Positions 26,129-39,907 of a stretch of DNA of 64,000 nucleotides are shown piece after piece. Each line of letters opens with the position of its first letter. Positions within the stretch are counted from its first letter, which is position 1. Below the pieces are notes generated by a model. It was not told the DNA's origin. It saw only the letters and a program-made list of their open reading frames with translations, and did not search any database. The DNA is from Lama guanicoe (Eukaryota), in assembly GCA_013239625.1 (NCBI GenBank), contig MU053365.1:2328115-2392114 (forward strand), given 5' to 3'. Both the position numbers and the translations under genes were made by a program.

Positions 26129-26219
26129 GTAAGTGCCTGTGATTTTTTTTTTTATCATATTGGCTAATGGTGGAAGGATTGCAAATATCAATTTACTTTG
26201 CATGACAAAAATGAAGAAA

Positions 26220-28800
26220 TTTTGTTTTTCTTAGTAATTTCTAGTTGAACTGCTTTGATCAGAGAGGATTGTAATATTTCTCCTTTGTGAAATTCATCAG
26301 TGTTTTCTTGTAACTTAATATATGGTCAGTTTTTGTGAGTATGCTGTGGGCTATTGAAAAGGAGTTATGTTCTCTATGGTCAGGGTAAAAAGTTGTACAT
26401 ATATTCATAAATTCTGCCTTGTTAATTATGCTGTTTAGGTCTCCTCTCTCCTTATTGATTTTTTTTTTAACTTGATCTGTCTTCTCCTGAGAGTGGATTA
26501 CTAAATCTGCTGTTCTTATGGTATTGCTGTTTCTGTCTCTATGTAGTTTCCATAGTTTTTACTTCATTAGAATTATGGCTTATTATTTGGTAATATTCTT
26601 AAATGTTATATCATTTTCTGCATTGTGGCCTTTAATATAAAAATCGTCTCTCTTTTGTCATGTCTTTTTGCTTTGGGACTTGAATTTTACCTTGCCTGTT
26701 CCTGGATATCTTGCTCTTTTTCTGTTTCTATTTCCATACTTCCTATTTTCATTTGTCTTGTATACCTTTGTACCTCTCTTCATATATAGCCTTTTTTTGG
26801 TGGGGGATGTGATTAGGTTTATTTTATTTATTTATTTGTTTCATTTTAATGGAGGTATTGAACCCAGGACCTCATGCATGCTAAGGTAATACACTCTACC
26901 GCTGAGCTACACCCTCCCCCTGTATATAGCCTTTTTGAATCAGTTTGAGGTGTCTCTTGTATACAAGAGAGGTGGGTTTTGCTCTGTGAGTGCAATTGAA
27001 AATTGTTTTCCTTTACTGATTAGGTTAAGCCCATTTCCTTTTAATCTTAACGAATTATCTGTTTATTCTCAGTTTTGTCACAATCTTTTATAATTATGTG
27101 TATTTTATTATATTTGCTATGTTTCTTTATAAGATATGTATCTTTTGCTCTTTAATTTAACACACGCATATTTTAGGTATTTAGAAAAGTTTGCATTTTT
27201 GTTTGGTGGTTATCTTTGTATTTGTAGCTTTTTAAATATAGTTTCTTGTTTTCATATATAACCTATTGATGTTTGGTTTATCATTTTTGTCGGTATCATA
27301 TCTTCTGCCTATTGCTTATTCTGCTTTCCTTTATCCCATTTATTGGTTGCATTGTTTTTACTTTGTCAAAGCATATAAAATTTATATGAGTCTTTCACTC
27401 TCATTTCTTCCAGTTTTATTTTGTTCTTTAGATCTGTATCATCCATCCATCCCTCAGTGCACTTACCTGCCGACCTACCAAAATGCTTTACTGTCCGTCT
27501 TTTGTTGAAGTTTTCCATGTATCTTTTGGTTGAGAAAAGCTTATCTTCTAGTGCAGAAGTTGACAACCTTTTTCTCTAACAGGCCAGACAGTAAATGTGT
27601 TAGGCTTTGCAGGCCATGCAGTCTCCATCACAACCGCTTAGCTCTGCTATTGTAGCACAAAAGCTGCTATAGACAGTAAGCAAATGAATGTAGCTGTATT
27701 CCCATAAACGTTTATCTTTGCACACTGAAATTTAACTTGCATAGCATTTTCACAAGTCACAAAATGTTATTTTAAAATTTTTCTTTCAGCCATTTAAAAA
27801 TATAAAAAACATTTTCAGCTCAATCCCCATACGAAAACAGAACAGGCTAGATGTAATCGATGAATGTAGTTTGCCAATATTTATTCTAGTAGATTTCTCA
27901 AAAAGGACTTTAGGTATAGAATTCCCTAAGCTTTTGTATGTTGAGAAACTGTGTATGTGTGTTTAAAAGCCTTGGTACTTGTTGGGCAATTTTGTTGGAT
28001 ATAAAATCCCTGGTTTCTACTTAATTTCATTGGGTATTTTTAAAATGCTGGTCCATTTTTGCTTTGCTTTATATATTGTTTTGAATGCCTGATGCCAGTC
28101 CAATTCTTTTGCCTTGATCTTTTCACCTAGAGTCCTTGAAAATTATATCTTTATCTTTGAAATCTTGTAGTTGAAGTAGACTATATCTTGAAGTTGACTT
28201 GGGCATTTTCAATGTGTAGGTAGACATAGGTTATTTTTTTATTTCTGGAAAGTTTTCTTGGATTATAATTTTAAGTAATAGTTTGTCCTATTGATTGTAT
28301 TTTTATTCGGACTGCAATAATGTTATTCCTTTGTTTATCTTCTATTTACTTTACTTCCTGTGCTGCCCTTTTTACTTTCTTAATCTCGCTTTCATTGTAT
28401 TGGTTTGTCTTCCTGCTCCTTACTATTCTTCGATACCCTCTGTTAAATTTGACGAAGGTGTATTCTCCCTTGAGAACCTTGTATTTATTCTTCATTTATA
28501 ACTATTTTAGTCTTTTTCTTCCATTTTTCGTCCTGAGTTCAATCAACTCTTAATTTCTCCCTGTATTTTGTATTTGTTTTTAGCTTTTAAATTTCTGATT
28601 CAAGGTAACTTTTTTAATCACCAATTTTCATTTGTGTCTAATTCCATTTGGATTATTAGACTACATTAATATTTTTTCCTTCATGATTGTTTTTCTGGGG
28701 TTGGATTACCTCAGTTGAAATATATTGAATTTAATTTTCTAGTTTTTTCCAGAACTCTGTAAGAACAAGTTAATTTTCTTCTTGCTCACTTTTGTAGTAT
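26220..28800 (-). mobile_element. Old degenerate L1M fragments with nested SINE and MER58B-like (about 27550-27880) insertions
   Basis: Strongly T-rich + strand with L1 antisense motifs (atatggtcagtttttgtga.., ttgatctgtc..tgagagtgg). Confidence 0.65.
26797..26922 (-). mobile_element. tRNA-Ala-derived SINE
   Basis: 14-bp TSD tatatagccttttt at 26783-26796 and 26923-26936. Confidence 0.9.
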
Positions 28801-30304
28801 CAGGTGTTTTACAGGATTCCTAGTTTAATGACACACCCTTCTGTTGGTATGGCAAAGTCCAGATACTTGAGTGGATTTGTTTGTTTTGGTTGGTGGGGAG
28901 AGATTGTGTGTCCTCTGATTTTATGGCTCTCTAGTCTTGCATGGCCCCTAAAATTTTCCTTTGCCCCTTTTCTGCTTTACCAACTAGTTGCTAGTGGATG
29001 CTTTTCCCTTCTTACACTTTTCTCTCAGAGCAGCTGTGAGTTTTGGACTGTACCTTCAAATTGCATGTGCTTTTAAAGTCCTCTATCATCTTTATTCAGA
29101 CACTTACTTACTTATTTATTTATTAATTAGTATTTTTAGACCGAGGATGGATTTATGGTTTCTCACAGTGTTTTTAGATCCACTTTTCACTCTTTTGCTA
29201 TTTCCTCTCTTTGTCTTTGCTTGGTTTTTGTGTAGGCTTATTTTTTCCTTCTTGTCTTTCTTTCTTTCGTTTTCAGAGGAAACATTGGGAGGTGGAGACC
29301 TAAGTGGCCTTAGTTATCTTCAGATACCTTCAAAGTCCCTAAAAATGGATACACTTTGAAAAGAAGGCTTCTTTTATGCTATTAAGAGAAGGAAAATTGT
29401 TAAAACACAATTTGTATTTTTTGCAAAGACCACCACTAAAATATAGTCAAGGTCAAAGAGACCTTAATTATTTCAATTTATGGTAAGTCACACCACTCTA
29501 TCTGAGAAACCTTGAGAAGCTCATAATAGATATTTGATGACTTCATGGAATCTTTTGAAACTCAAGCTATTTGTCCACATTTGCTTCAGTCTTTTGGATA
29601 CTGCCAGAAACTTTACTTTGGGGTAATGACAGTATGAGTAATTCATGCTGTTGAGTCATGTTCAATTAATGTAATTATAAAAGTTAGACTGAGGTTTTCT
29701 TTTAAATTTCTGGTAATGTCAAATGATAAACAACTCACCTGAATTGTCAATCATTTGAGAAAAGTTCCTTCAACCATTTTAGTCATACTGGGAATGTTAA
29801 AGATAAAAATGCCTGTGCTTTATATAGGTGGAATAAAATATTATCATTTAAAATGTTTACTATTCTTATATGTAGCAAATGACGTTACTATCATCAAATA
29901 CCAAACCAAATAAATAATAATGCCCTACTGACTGTGACTTTAATGGTTCAGTGATGATGTTTATTAAATGATCTTAAACTCTTACGGCTCATTGGGAGCA
30001 GATTAAACCTTCACTAAATCTATTAGATTAGAAATTCCAAGAAAGCAATACAGTTAATGTGCAGTCTGTAATTTATATTCTATTATATTTTAAAGGAATA
30101 TTCTGAGCTACCATTTGCAAAAGTAAAACATAGCTGAGTTATATGTCTTTGAAAGTTCTATATTTGATAAATCCCTAAAATAGGAATAAAGAAATTAAGT
30201 CAAAATTTGCTGCTGCACAAATTATTTAGTAAGAGTTTGCCCTTTGGGAAATTATTCACTCTTTCTCATCCTATTGATGATGTATGCAACACTTTTGTCT
30301 CTTA

Positions 30305-32799
30305 TTATTTGTTTCTTCCAGTTTTACTGAGATATGATTGGCATAGAGCAGTGTATAAGTTTGACGTGTACAGCATAATGATTTGACTTACGTGCATAAT
30401 GAAATGATTACCACAATAAGTTAGTGAACACCCATCGTCTCATATAGATACAAAATTAAGAAAATTATTTTTCCTTGTGATGAGAACTCTTAGGTTTTTC
30501 TTAACAATTTTCATATGTAACATACAGCAATGTTAATTACATTAATTATGTTGTACATTATATCCCTAGTACTTATTTATTTTATAATTGGAATTATGTA
30601 CCTTTTGACCACCTTCATGCAATTCCCTCTCCCACCACTCCCCTTCTCTGATGACTACAAAACTGATCTTTTTTCTATGAGTTTCTTTGTTTGTTTGAAG
30701 TATAATTGATCTATAACACTATGTTAGTTCCTGATGCAAATGTAGTGGCTCTGTATTTCCATGCATATATTTCATTTTATAATAAATGTTCACTGTAATA
30801 ATTAAGGCTAGTTATCATCTGTCACCATACAAAGACATTACAGCATCATTGACTATATTCCCCATGCTGTACATTTCATCCCAGTGACTCATTTATTTTT
30901 TAACTGGAAGTTTGTACCTCTTAATCTCCCACACCTCCTTCATTTATCCCCTCACTCCCTTCCCCTCTGGCAACCACCTGTTTTCTTTGTGATACCATAC
31001 AGTATTTCTCTTTTGTCTTTCTCTGACTTATTTCACCTGGCGTAATACTCTCTAGGTCCATTCATGTTGTTGCAAATGGCAAAACTTAATTCTTTTCTAT
31101 GGTGAGCAATACTGCATTTTATTTATATATATGTGTATATATATATATATATATACACATATATATATACACACATATATATATACATACACACACACAC
31201 ACACACACACACACGCATACACACAGCACATCTTTATTATCTATTCTTCTATCAGTGGGCACTTAGGTTGCTTCTCTATTTTGGCTATTATAAATAATGC
31301 TGCAATGAATATAAGGGTGCATATATCTTTTCAAAATATATATATGTGTATATATATATATATATATATACACATATATATATACACACATATATATATA
31401 CATACACACACACACACACACACACACACGCATACACACAGCACATCTTTATTATCTATTCTTCTATCAGTGGGCACTTAGGTTGCTTCTCTATTTTGGC
31501 TATTATAAATAATGCTGCAATGAATATAAGGGTGCATATATCTTTTCAAATTAGTGTCTTTGTTTTCTTTGGGAAAATACTCAGAAGTGGAATTGCTGGA
31601 TTGTATGATAGTTTTATTTTTAAATTTTTGAGGAACTGTTCTCCATAGTGACTGGACCAGTTTACATTCCCACCAACAATGCATGAGGGTTCCCTTATCT
31701 CTACATCCTTGCCCACACTTTTTATTTGTTCTCTTTTTGATAAATAGCCATTCTGACACATGTGAGGTGATAGCTCATTGTGGATTTGATTTGCATTTCC
31801 CTGATGACTAGTGATGTTGAATACCTTTACATATGCCTGTGGGCCATCTGTATGCCTTCTTTGGAAAAATGTCTATTCAGCTGTCCACAGGTGGGCAGGG
31901 CCATGTCCCAGGTTGGCTGGCTGTAGGATCTGAGGGTCCTGGGGCTGGTGATTGCCTGCTGTTGAGTGGGGCCGGTTCCCAGGGCAGATGGGTGCAGGGT
32001 CTGTGGGATCCCAGGGCTGCCCCCAGCCCACTGGTGGGCAGTGCCATGTCCCGGGGCACCTTGGATGAGCTGGGGGCTGGTGTTGGCCTTCTGGTGGGCG
32101 GGACTGGGTCCCTGTGCAGCTGGGTGCTCTGCCTGGGAGGAGTCCTGGGGCTGGTGCAGATTGGCTGGTGGGTCGTTAAGCTCCCAACACTAACAGGCTA
32201 GAGAGAGGACTCTAAAATGGTCCTTGCCAGCACTAGTGTCATGGTCAAATGAGTTCTCCGAAAACAGCTTGGTCCAGTGTCTGTGTCCCCAGGGGGTGTC
32301 GCAGTTGCCTCCTGCCTCTGGGGAGGCTCTCCAAGTAGGTCTGACCCAGTATTCTTTCAAATTACAGCGTCCGTGCTGAATCTCAGAGGGTGTGAGATTC
32401 TGCGTGCACCCTTTAAGAGCAAAGTCTCTCTTTTCTCCAGCCCTCCTGTATGCATGTCTCACTGGCCTTCAAAGCCAGACATTCAGCGATCTTGTATTCC
32501 TGGTGCAGCACCTCCAGGCTGGGGGGCCTGATGTGGCTCACTCCTTGGGGAGAACCTCTGCAGGTGTGATTATCCTCCCCTTTGAGAGTCATCTGCCTGG
32601 CGGTGTGGGTCTTGACTACACCACATCTCCACCCCTCCTACCCGTCTCATTGTGGTTCCTTCTTTATAGCTTTCGTTGTGAAAAATCTTTTCTGCTAGTC
32701 TTCAGGTTGTTCTCAGCGATGGTTGCTCTGTAAATAGTTGTAATGTTGGTGTGCCCGCATGAGAAGGTGAGTTCAGGGTTTTCCTACTCCACCATCTTA
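30305..32799 (-). mobile_element. Internally deleted L1 (5' UTR joined to ORF2 C-terminus and 3' UTR), L1MA9-like
   Basis: 5' end aagatggtggagtaggaaaaccctgaactcacc; ORF2 motif KCGQGCRDKGTLMHCWWECKLVQ in ORF 31478-31759; junction near 31880; 15/17 TSD at 30288-30304 and 32800-32816. Confidence 0.85.
31123..31550. repeat. Tandem duplication, two units of about 215 bp, each with a (TA)n/(CA)n microsatellite
   Basis: 31123-31335 is repeated at 31336-31550; the copies differ by about one TA unit. Confidence 0.95.
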
Positions 32800-33099
32800 A
32801 ACACTCTTGTCTTTTAAAAATTTGTCCAATGTAGTCAAATTACAACACCTTCAACTTCAAGAAGCTTGATCTCTATCTACTACACTTAAGTTATGCATAG
32901 CAATCCTACACCTGAAATATCCTTATCACTTAGAGATGCTCCATTTTCAAGTTCTTGAACTCTGAAATCCAGAGAGTCTGTTTCCTCAGATCCCCTGCTG
33001 TCTCACTTTCACTGAATATCTGCATGGCCTTCTCAGTGATAGCCACTCCCTTTCCTGTTCTCTCAAACCACTATTTATTTCAGATTCATTTGCCACCTA

Positions 33100-34550
33100 A
33101 AGTAGCCTGGACCCCTGCATAGACCCTTTCAGTAGTGTCCTTGCTATGATTTCAGGACCCCTCACCTCTTTGACCTGTAATTCTAGCCATGCCGTTTTCC
33201 ACTGTGGTTAACCCCAGAGAGAGTCCAGCCTGACACCCAGAGCCCTGCACTGGCTTCTCTCTTGACTCAATTGTCTAACATCAACTGAGCTCTCTTTTGT
33301 GTCTTTATCTGTTGGCTCCCTCTCTTGTTCCACCATTTTCTCTTCTACACCTCCACTCTTTTCAAGCCCCCTAACCTCCTTTTACAGCCTCGCATCTCAC
33401 TATTCTTTTGTTATACTCTGCTTCTGTCAAACCGTGCTATTCGCCAGTTCTGAGTCAGTCCACTGGCTTTCCCATCTCCATGCTTTTCCTCTTGCTCTTC
33501 CCTCATTCTGTGTGTCACCCTTATCATCGCTGTCAAAAGACTATAAATCCTTCAATGTCCAGCTGAAGTGTTTCCTTATTCATAATGCCTTCCTGGACTC
33601 CTCACTCAAAAAAACTTTGCATTTCTATGAGACTTTGTTTATATTTCTCTTGTGGTATTTCTGTTAATTGGGCCTCATAGCTGATAATTTTGTTTGCCAG
33701 AGGTACAGTATCTTTCAACACCGCAATGAGCCTCTTGAGGGCAAGGATAATAATCTGGTTTTTCCTTGTATCCTTAGCACATAATTTAAGGTATGACACA
33801 TGCCAGATATTTATTAATAAAGAGAAAAAACAGCAAATCGTGATCATTTTAAAGGCTAGTGCATTAGTCCAGCTAGCAAATAATTGTGACGTGGACAAGG
33901 GAAGTGGTGGTGGGTACCTGCTCCATTTTGATAATTCTGAAAATGTATCTATATGTTGATGAGCACACATTTCCAGCAAAATTAAAGAACAGTACCACTT
34001 AACATGACCTACAAAGCCCCACGTGTGCTAAACCTTTCATATCTCATCCTCTATCATGCTTTCCCTTGTTGTCTCTCATATAGTGATACTGGCTTGCTTG
34101 TAGGCCTTCATTCATGCATGCACTCATTCATTTATTCATTCGGTATTTGTTGAACACCTACTCTACCCCAAGCATTTTAAGTATTGGGGCTTTATTTGTC
34201 AAATAGGACATAGAAAGAACTTTGCTCTAATGGCATCTTCTGTTTAGTTGGGAGAGACAGAAAATAAAATAAAATAATAATAAATTATTAATAAGTAAAT
34301 AAATCAATAAATAATTTCCAGGTATCAGTAATATGATGAAAATGAAGCTGTGGCATGTATTTGAAAGTGGTGGTATGGGAAGTCCACGTTAGATAGGGTT
34401 GTCAGGAAAGATACCTTTGTGGAGATGACATTGCACCTGAGACCTGAGTGACAGAAAGGAACCAACTCGGAGGAGATGAGAGGAAATGTTTTTCAGACAA
34501 AGGAATGAATATGTGCAAAGGTCCTGAGGCTAAAACAAGCTTGAAGTGGT
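33100..34550. mobile_element. Cluster of LINE-2 fragments in both orientations
   Basis: ctcttgagggcaagga..tatccttagcaca; cattcatt..tatttgttgaacacctac..atgtgcaaaggtcctgagg. Confidence 0.65.
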
Positions 34551-35524
34551 CGGGTGACTTCTTTGTGCTAAATACTGTTCTAGAACGTAAGGACATTGTG
34601 ATAAAGAAGGCAGGCCTGGGCTCTGCTCTCAGAAGATGTGAAGATTGGGCAGTAGGCAGATAGCGGGAGCGCATATAAGTGAACAAGTTTATTTCAGGTA
34701 ATGGCGAATGCCACAGATAAAACGAGAAGAGGTGAAATAAATAGGATGCAGATGATGGATATTAGTATGCACTTTCCGCAAATGAAAAACCTGAGTCTCA
34801 GAAAGGTTAAAATTGCATGGGTCATGTTTTAGAGGTGACAGAATCTTTAGAGCTGGTCTGTTTGACCTAATGCTCTATGCACTTGCCATGGCTGCCCTGG
34901 CCTCTTTGATCTTTCAGTCTTCTCTTGAGAACTCCCGTCACATTGATTTATATTCCTCCTGTAGCTCTTTCCATTTTTTTTCAATTATCTTTTAATTCCA
35001 TAAGTAATACAATCTCCTTGTTAAAAAAAATGTGTGTATATATCCACTACTATCAATCCCCTTCCAAAGAAGTAGTAGTCATTATTAAAAGTTCAGTGTT
35101 AATCTTTCTAGAGTATTTTCTGTGTACTGAGATACTCAGAAGATGTGGTATTGTTTTGTGTGCATTATTTTCACATAAATGGTGTCTTATTCATCATAAG
35201 TTATGAAACCTGTTTTTTCACTCAGTATGTTTGGGGAATATATGCATATTTATCCAGTCTTCACTTGATGAATATTTAAGTTATTGACAATTTTTAGCTA
35301 ATATACAGATGTTACATATTTCTTTCATGCAGATGTGGTAGAATTTCTCTAGGTTAGAAACAAAGAAGCACAATTGATGGGTCCCTTATTCTTACTATAT
35401 ATTAGGGCTTGGCTTACCTCTTCATCCTGGGCTATAAGCTGCATGGTAATAGCAGCTGTCTTTGTATACCCAGGACCTAGCACAGAGCCTGGGACAAGTT
35501 CCTACAAGACTGAGATGAATGAAA

Positions 35525-35955
35525 GTGCAGACAAAAAATGTTGCCTGCCATTCCCATGAACAGGGAACATTACCAGCCATCAAGCCATCAGCCACTGCAA
35601 CCTCCCCAGGTGGTGCACCCTGAGGGGATTCAGAATGGAGGAGAACAGGATACTGGCCCTACATAGTTAAGATGCATATCTAAGGAATAATTTCAGTGAT
35701 CCCAGACTCTTGCATTTTCCCATACAAAGAAAAGCACTAAAATCATTAACTTGAGATGTCTGTTTTTTTGTGATTAGCAATAATCTTTTGATGTTCAACT
35801 ACATTCTGTTTTCAGCAAAAAACTTCTATATCCTGGCTCCTCCCTTACCTATTTGGAACAGTTCCTCAGAGCTATCTGACAGGCTGTCTCCTAGGCTCTA
35901 CTAAGGTCCCCAAATAAAACATAACTTTCAACTTTTAGGTTGTGAATTTTTCTGA
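35525..35955 (+). mobile_element. ERV1-type solo LTR (cetartiodactyl-like)
   Basis: tgttgcctgcca..catcaagccatcagccactgca..caaataaaacataactttcaacttttaggttgtg. Confidence 0.75.
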
Positions 35956-36689
35956 AGGAAAATTCTAGAATCGTATGTATTCAGATCAGTCCCTTTGAAA
36001 GCTTTCTTTTATGAGCAAGCTTTCCTTGTATGTACATGGATCTGCTCACAGCTTTGAGTAAAGCTAGAAACTGGAGCCCTCCTTTCTCTCTCTCTCTTTC
36101 ACTACTCTCTCTTCCTTTTATCCCCTTTATCTTCCTTTCTTCCTTATTCTCTCTCTTCCTGTTTTTTATCCTACACCTAATCCTTAGCTCTTCTAACCTA
36201 TCTCTGCATTCCCCACTTGCTGAAACTGAACAACTGAACATTAGTCAAAATATCCATGCATTTGACAGATACTCCTTTAGAAATTTGCCTGATGTCACAG
36301 TAATACAGGTGGCCCTATTTTTGTATTGCCCTAAGATTCTTCAAGATAGACTTGGATAATTTCCATCACACATGCCAAGTTGTCCCCCCTCTATTATGCT
36401 CACATTCTGTGAAGATCATTCCATTTATTGCCTCCATCACAGGGACATGAGTCATAAAAATAATGAGACAGATGACTCCTGAACAATACATTAGCAATAA
36501 TAATGGCACTAATTCCACTCCAGAGAAGAACAATCCAAGAAAGAATTTTCCCTTCCTACATATGTTGTTGATAGTCTGAGGAGTTCAACTATCTAAGTAG
36601 ACAGGAAAACAGGCAACTAGAATTATGTAGTAGTGCTTTTCATCCAAGTTGTCCAACAGCTTCTTAAACCTGTAGTTACCAAATGTCCT

Positions 36690-36970
36690 GGAGCAGGTGT
36701 GAGCAGACTATGGCCCACAAACCAAATCTACTCCACTGCCTAATACTGTAAATAAAATTCTATTGGAAGACCAAGCACCCATTTGATTTTGGTATTAACT
36801 GTGGCTGCTTTCTTGCTACAATGGCAGGGTCAAATCATTGGAACAGAGATTGCTATATGGCTCCCCAAAACATAATATATACTCTTTAGGCTTATATAAA
36901 CTGTATATGAACTTATATGAACGATATATAAACTATCTGGCCCTTTACAGATGCAGTTTGCTGACCCCTG
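36690..36970. mobile_element. hAT MER58A-like
   Basis: gcagactatggcccacaaaccaaatct..ggccctttacagatgcagtttgctgacccctg. Confidence 0.8.
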
Positions 36971-38279
36971 TCTGCCCTATAGAAAGAGCAGAATGCAATG
37001 ATAACTCAGTAACTATTCCAAGAAGGCATGGATCAACAGACTCCTTTCTGTCTAGCGTAATTGAGCCACACAGCTCTTCATCTGGCTAGTCCCCCTTTCT
37101 TTTCCCTATCTCTTGCCTCTTATCCTACATCCATATCACATTGCCAGAATAATCTCTGGAAAATACTGGTTTTGTTATTTCATTTTTACCAGAACTTCTC
37201 TGTATAGCTTTAAGACCCTCTGTTACCGCATTTATATTCAAACTGACTCACTCTGATTCTCCAACACAGTCTCCTTGTTCAGGTAGGTTATTAATCTGAA
37301 GGTACCCTACAGAGACTGTGATGAGGTCCTGCTTCTATGCATCTGCCCAAGCTGCTTTCCCTCTTGGAATGTCCTGCTTACTCTCTAGATGATATATCTA
37401 AATCTTACCCATTCTCTAAGATCCAACTCCAGAATCCCACTTCTGTATGACTCTTAGCAACCCACCCTATAGAGATTGATCAGTTCAGAGGACCATTCTT
37501 GCAACATATGGCTTCTTGTAGCCTTATAGATGGCAATCAGTAGTGTTAGTTGTTAGAGTCTTTTCCGTTCTCCTTTACATTTATGTGTTTTAACTTGATT
37601 TAAAAAAAAAAAACATCATCCTGTCTACTTGGTCATCATTGCTCTTAACAAATTAGAGTTAAATTCTATTTTCACTGGGAGATATTTTAGTGACAATAAC
37701 TAGGTAGTATTTTTCTAGAAAAGCAGAACATATTGTGAGAAAAAAAGTCTTTCTTGTCAGCCTAGCAACTTCCTTCTGCCTCTATAAAAATTCATTTCCC
37801 CAGTCCATACTTAAGTCAGAATTGCTAAGAAGAAAAATGCTGCTTTAATGAGAAGGAAATTGAATGAACCATGAAGATTAACATTTTCAGAATTAGATGG
37901 ATAGTAAAGAACATCAATCCAATTGAGTGCATTTTTAGGAAATCATGATTTCCTAGGTCTAAATATGACCACAATATCTTGAAAAACAAATTGGTACATA
38001 AATGTGCTGTCAGTAAGATTCTATTTTTTCCTCACTTCCACAGTACTGTTTCTTAAGCCCAAGTTGAATATTTCACTATGGCAACATGAAGTAAATTACC
38101 CAGCATCAGATTGAAATGGAAAATTCTAACATATATATGGTACAGTAAGCGAAGATATCACTGTAAGTGCTCAAGAGCAAGATCTTTTGTTGAATGTTTG
38201 CTGTTTCTGGTTTCTGTGAAAAAATAATCTCTCAGCCCAAGGCTTGATCTGCCTTTTCATCTTCTTTGCTGTCATTAAC

Positions 38280-38415
38280 TACAGGCCACCTCTATTCCGA
38301 CATTTCTTTAGTTTAAATATGTCCCACATATTGACTACTAAAATTTTATTTATTGTTTATCTGAAATTCAGATTTAACTGAGGGTCTCGTATTTTATTCA
38401 GCAACGCCACCCTAA
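38280..38415. mobile_element. hAT MER53-like (second copy at about 47035-47162)
   Basis: Both copies share tttatctgaaattca(g/a)atttaactg. Confidence 0.65.
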
Positions 38416-39907
38416 ACTGTTCACTTCACCAGGTTCCTGTGGCTGGGAGTGGGTAACACAGTGCACAGCTCCTCCCTCCAGCCAGGCACCCACGTCAGAA
38501 ACCTGTAAGACATACTAAATATTAGACTCTTCCCTCTCGGCATCCTCTCCATCACTCAGTCACATCCGTACTATGATATCACTAAATACTAGTCCCTCTC
38601 CATTCTTAATGCCAATGTACTAGATTCAGCCCTCATCATCTTCTGCCTCGATCTTTGTAGTAGCTTCCTGAGTGGTCTTCACACTTCTCTTTTTGTCTTC
38701 TTTATATTCATCTCCATCTGTTCCCTGCCTGTTTCACTAACCTTTTCTCTTACCATACTTCTCCCACCTCCCTTGCATGTTGTTTTCCATCCATGCTTGT
38801 TGTTTGAACATGTCATCTTATTTCTCATCTCTGCCTTGAGTCCAGTGATCGAAAATTAATGCCCTCCCTCATGCCCACCTGAAACTGCGTTCCCACTCTG
38901 CTCCACTCGCTGAGCACTTATCTTTTAAGACACAGCTTAAAGGTCCCTACAACTAAAATCTGTTTCTTATCGCTGTGCACTTCTTCAGTTAATGGATGAG
39001 GCTTCACCCCACGCATCTTCTCGCCTACACTGAGCCTTTTCTAAGAACACAGTGAAGTGCGTTAGTGTTAATTTGTCAGGGGAAACCACAGTGGTAGAGG
39101 GCTTTATAGGGCACATGCTGCTTTTGTCCGTGTAACAAAGTCATCATTGCTGAAGGCAGAGAGCCTTCTTGCCAGGGCTTAGTTCAGGAGCCAGGAAATC
39201 AGCTTAGGGTCCAAAGGCCAGACTAGGCTAATTCAGCTGGAAGGATGGGGTGGAAAATTGGGGGAAAATCTCTTTCGTTCACATTTACTTTGGTTTTTGT
39301 CATGTCTTGTTTTATATTAATTGAGTAGTTAATCCATTAATTATGGCATTTATTTATTTACTTACTTGGAACTGGGAGTCTAGACGACTGTTTGAGGAAA
39401 GCTGAAAAATCATGACAAATTGAGGTAGATACCCAATCCTGTGTTAACAAAATAACTGCCAGTGTGAATAGCATGGAAGAGAAATTCATCGTTTTTTTAG
39501 GGTGTATAGTTACAAAATTCTATAGACAGTTATATATAAGGAAGAAGTAGGACAATTTACAGAGGTCAAAGGAAAGTCACCCCTAAGATTTTAAAAGCAA
39601 CTGCCTTTAGTTGGAAACATGGCTTACTTTAGAAAAAGACAACCGTTAAAAAAAACTTACTGCTTTTTTGTATGTCCTCTACTAAGCACCTTTAAATGTT
39701 GGTATCCTCAGACAAACTTTTAAGAATTAGATCATAGGTGTATGCTCTATTCCCCTAATAAGACTTTTGGATAACACTTATTTCTTTATTTGTTTGTAAT
39801 TGAAGTACAGTTACAGTGTGTCAATTTCTGGTGTACAGCACAGTGTCCCAGTCTTGCATATACATACATTATTTCGTTTTCGTATTTGCTTTTGTATAAC
39901 ATTTAAA

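Noticed and set aside
31131..31648. Duplicated YI/TH-repeat ORFs
   Set aside because: Translations of (TA)n/(CA)n microsatellites and L1 antisense sequence in the tandem duplication.
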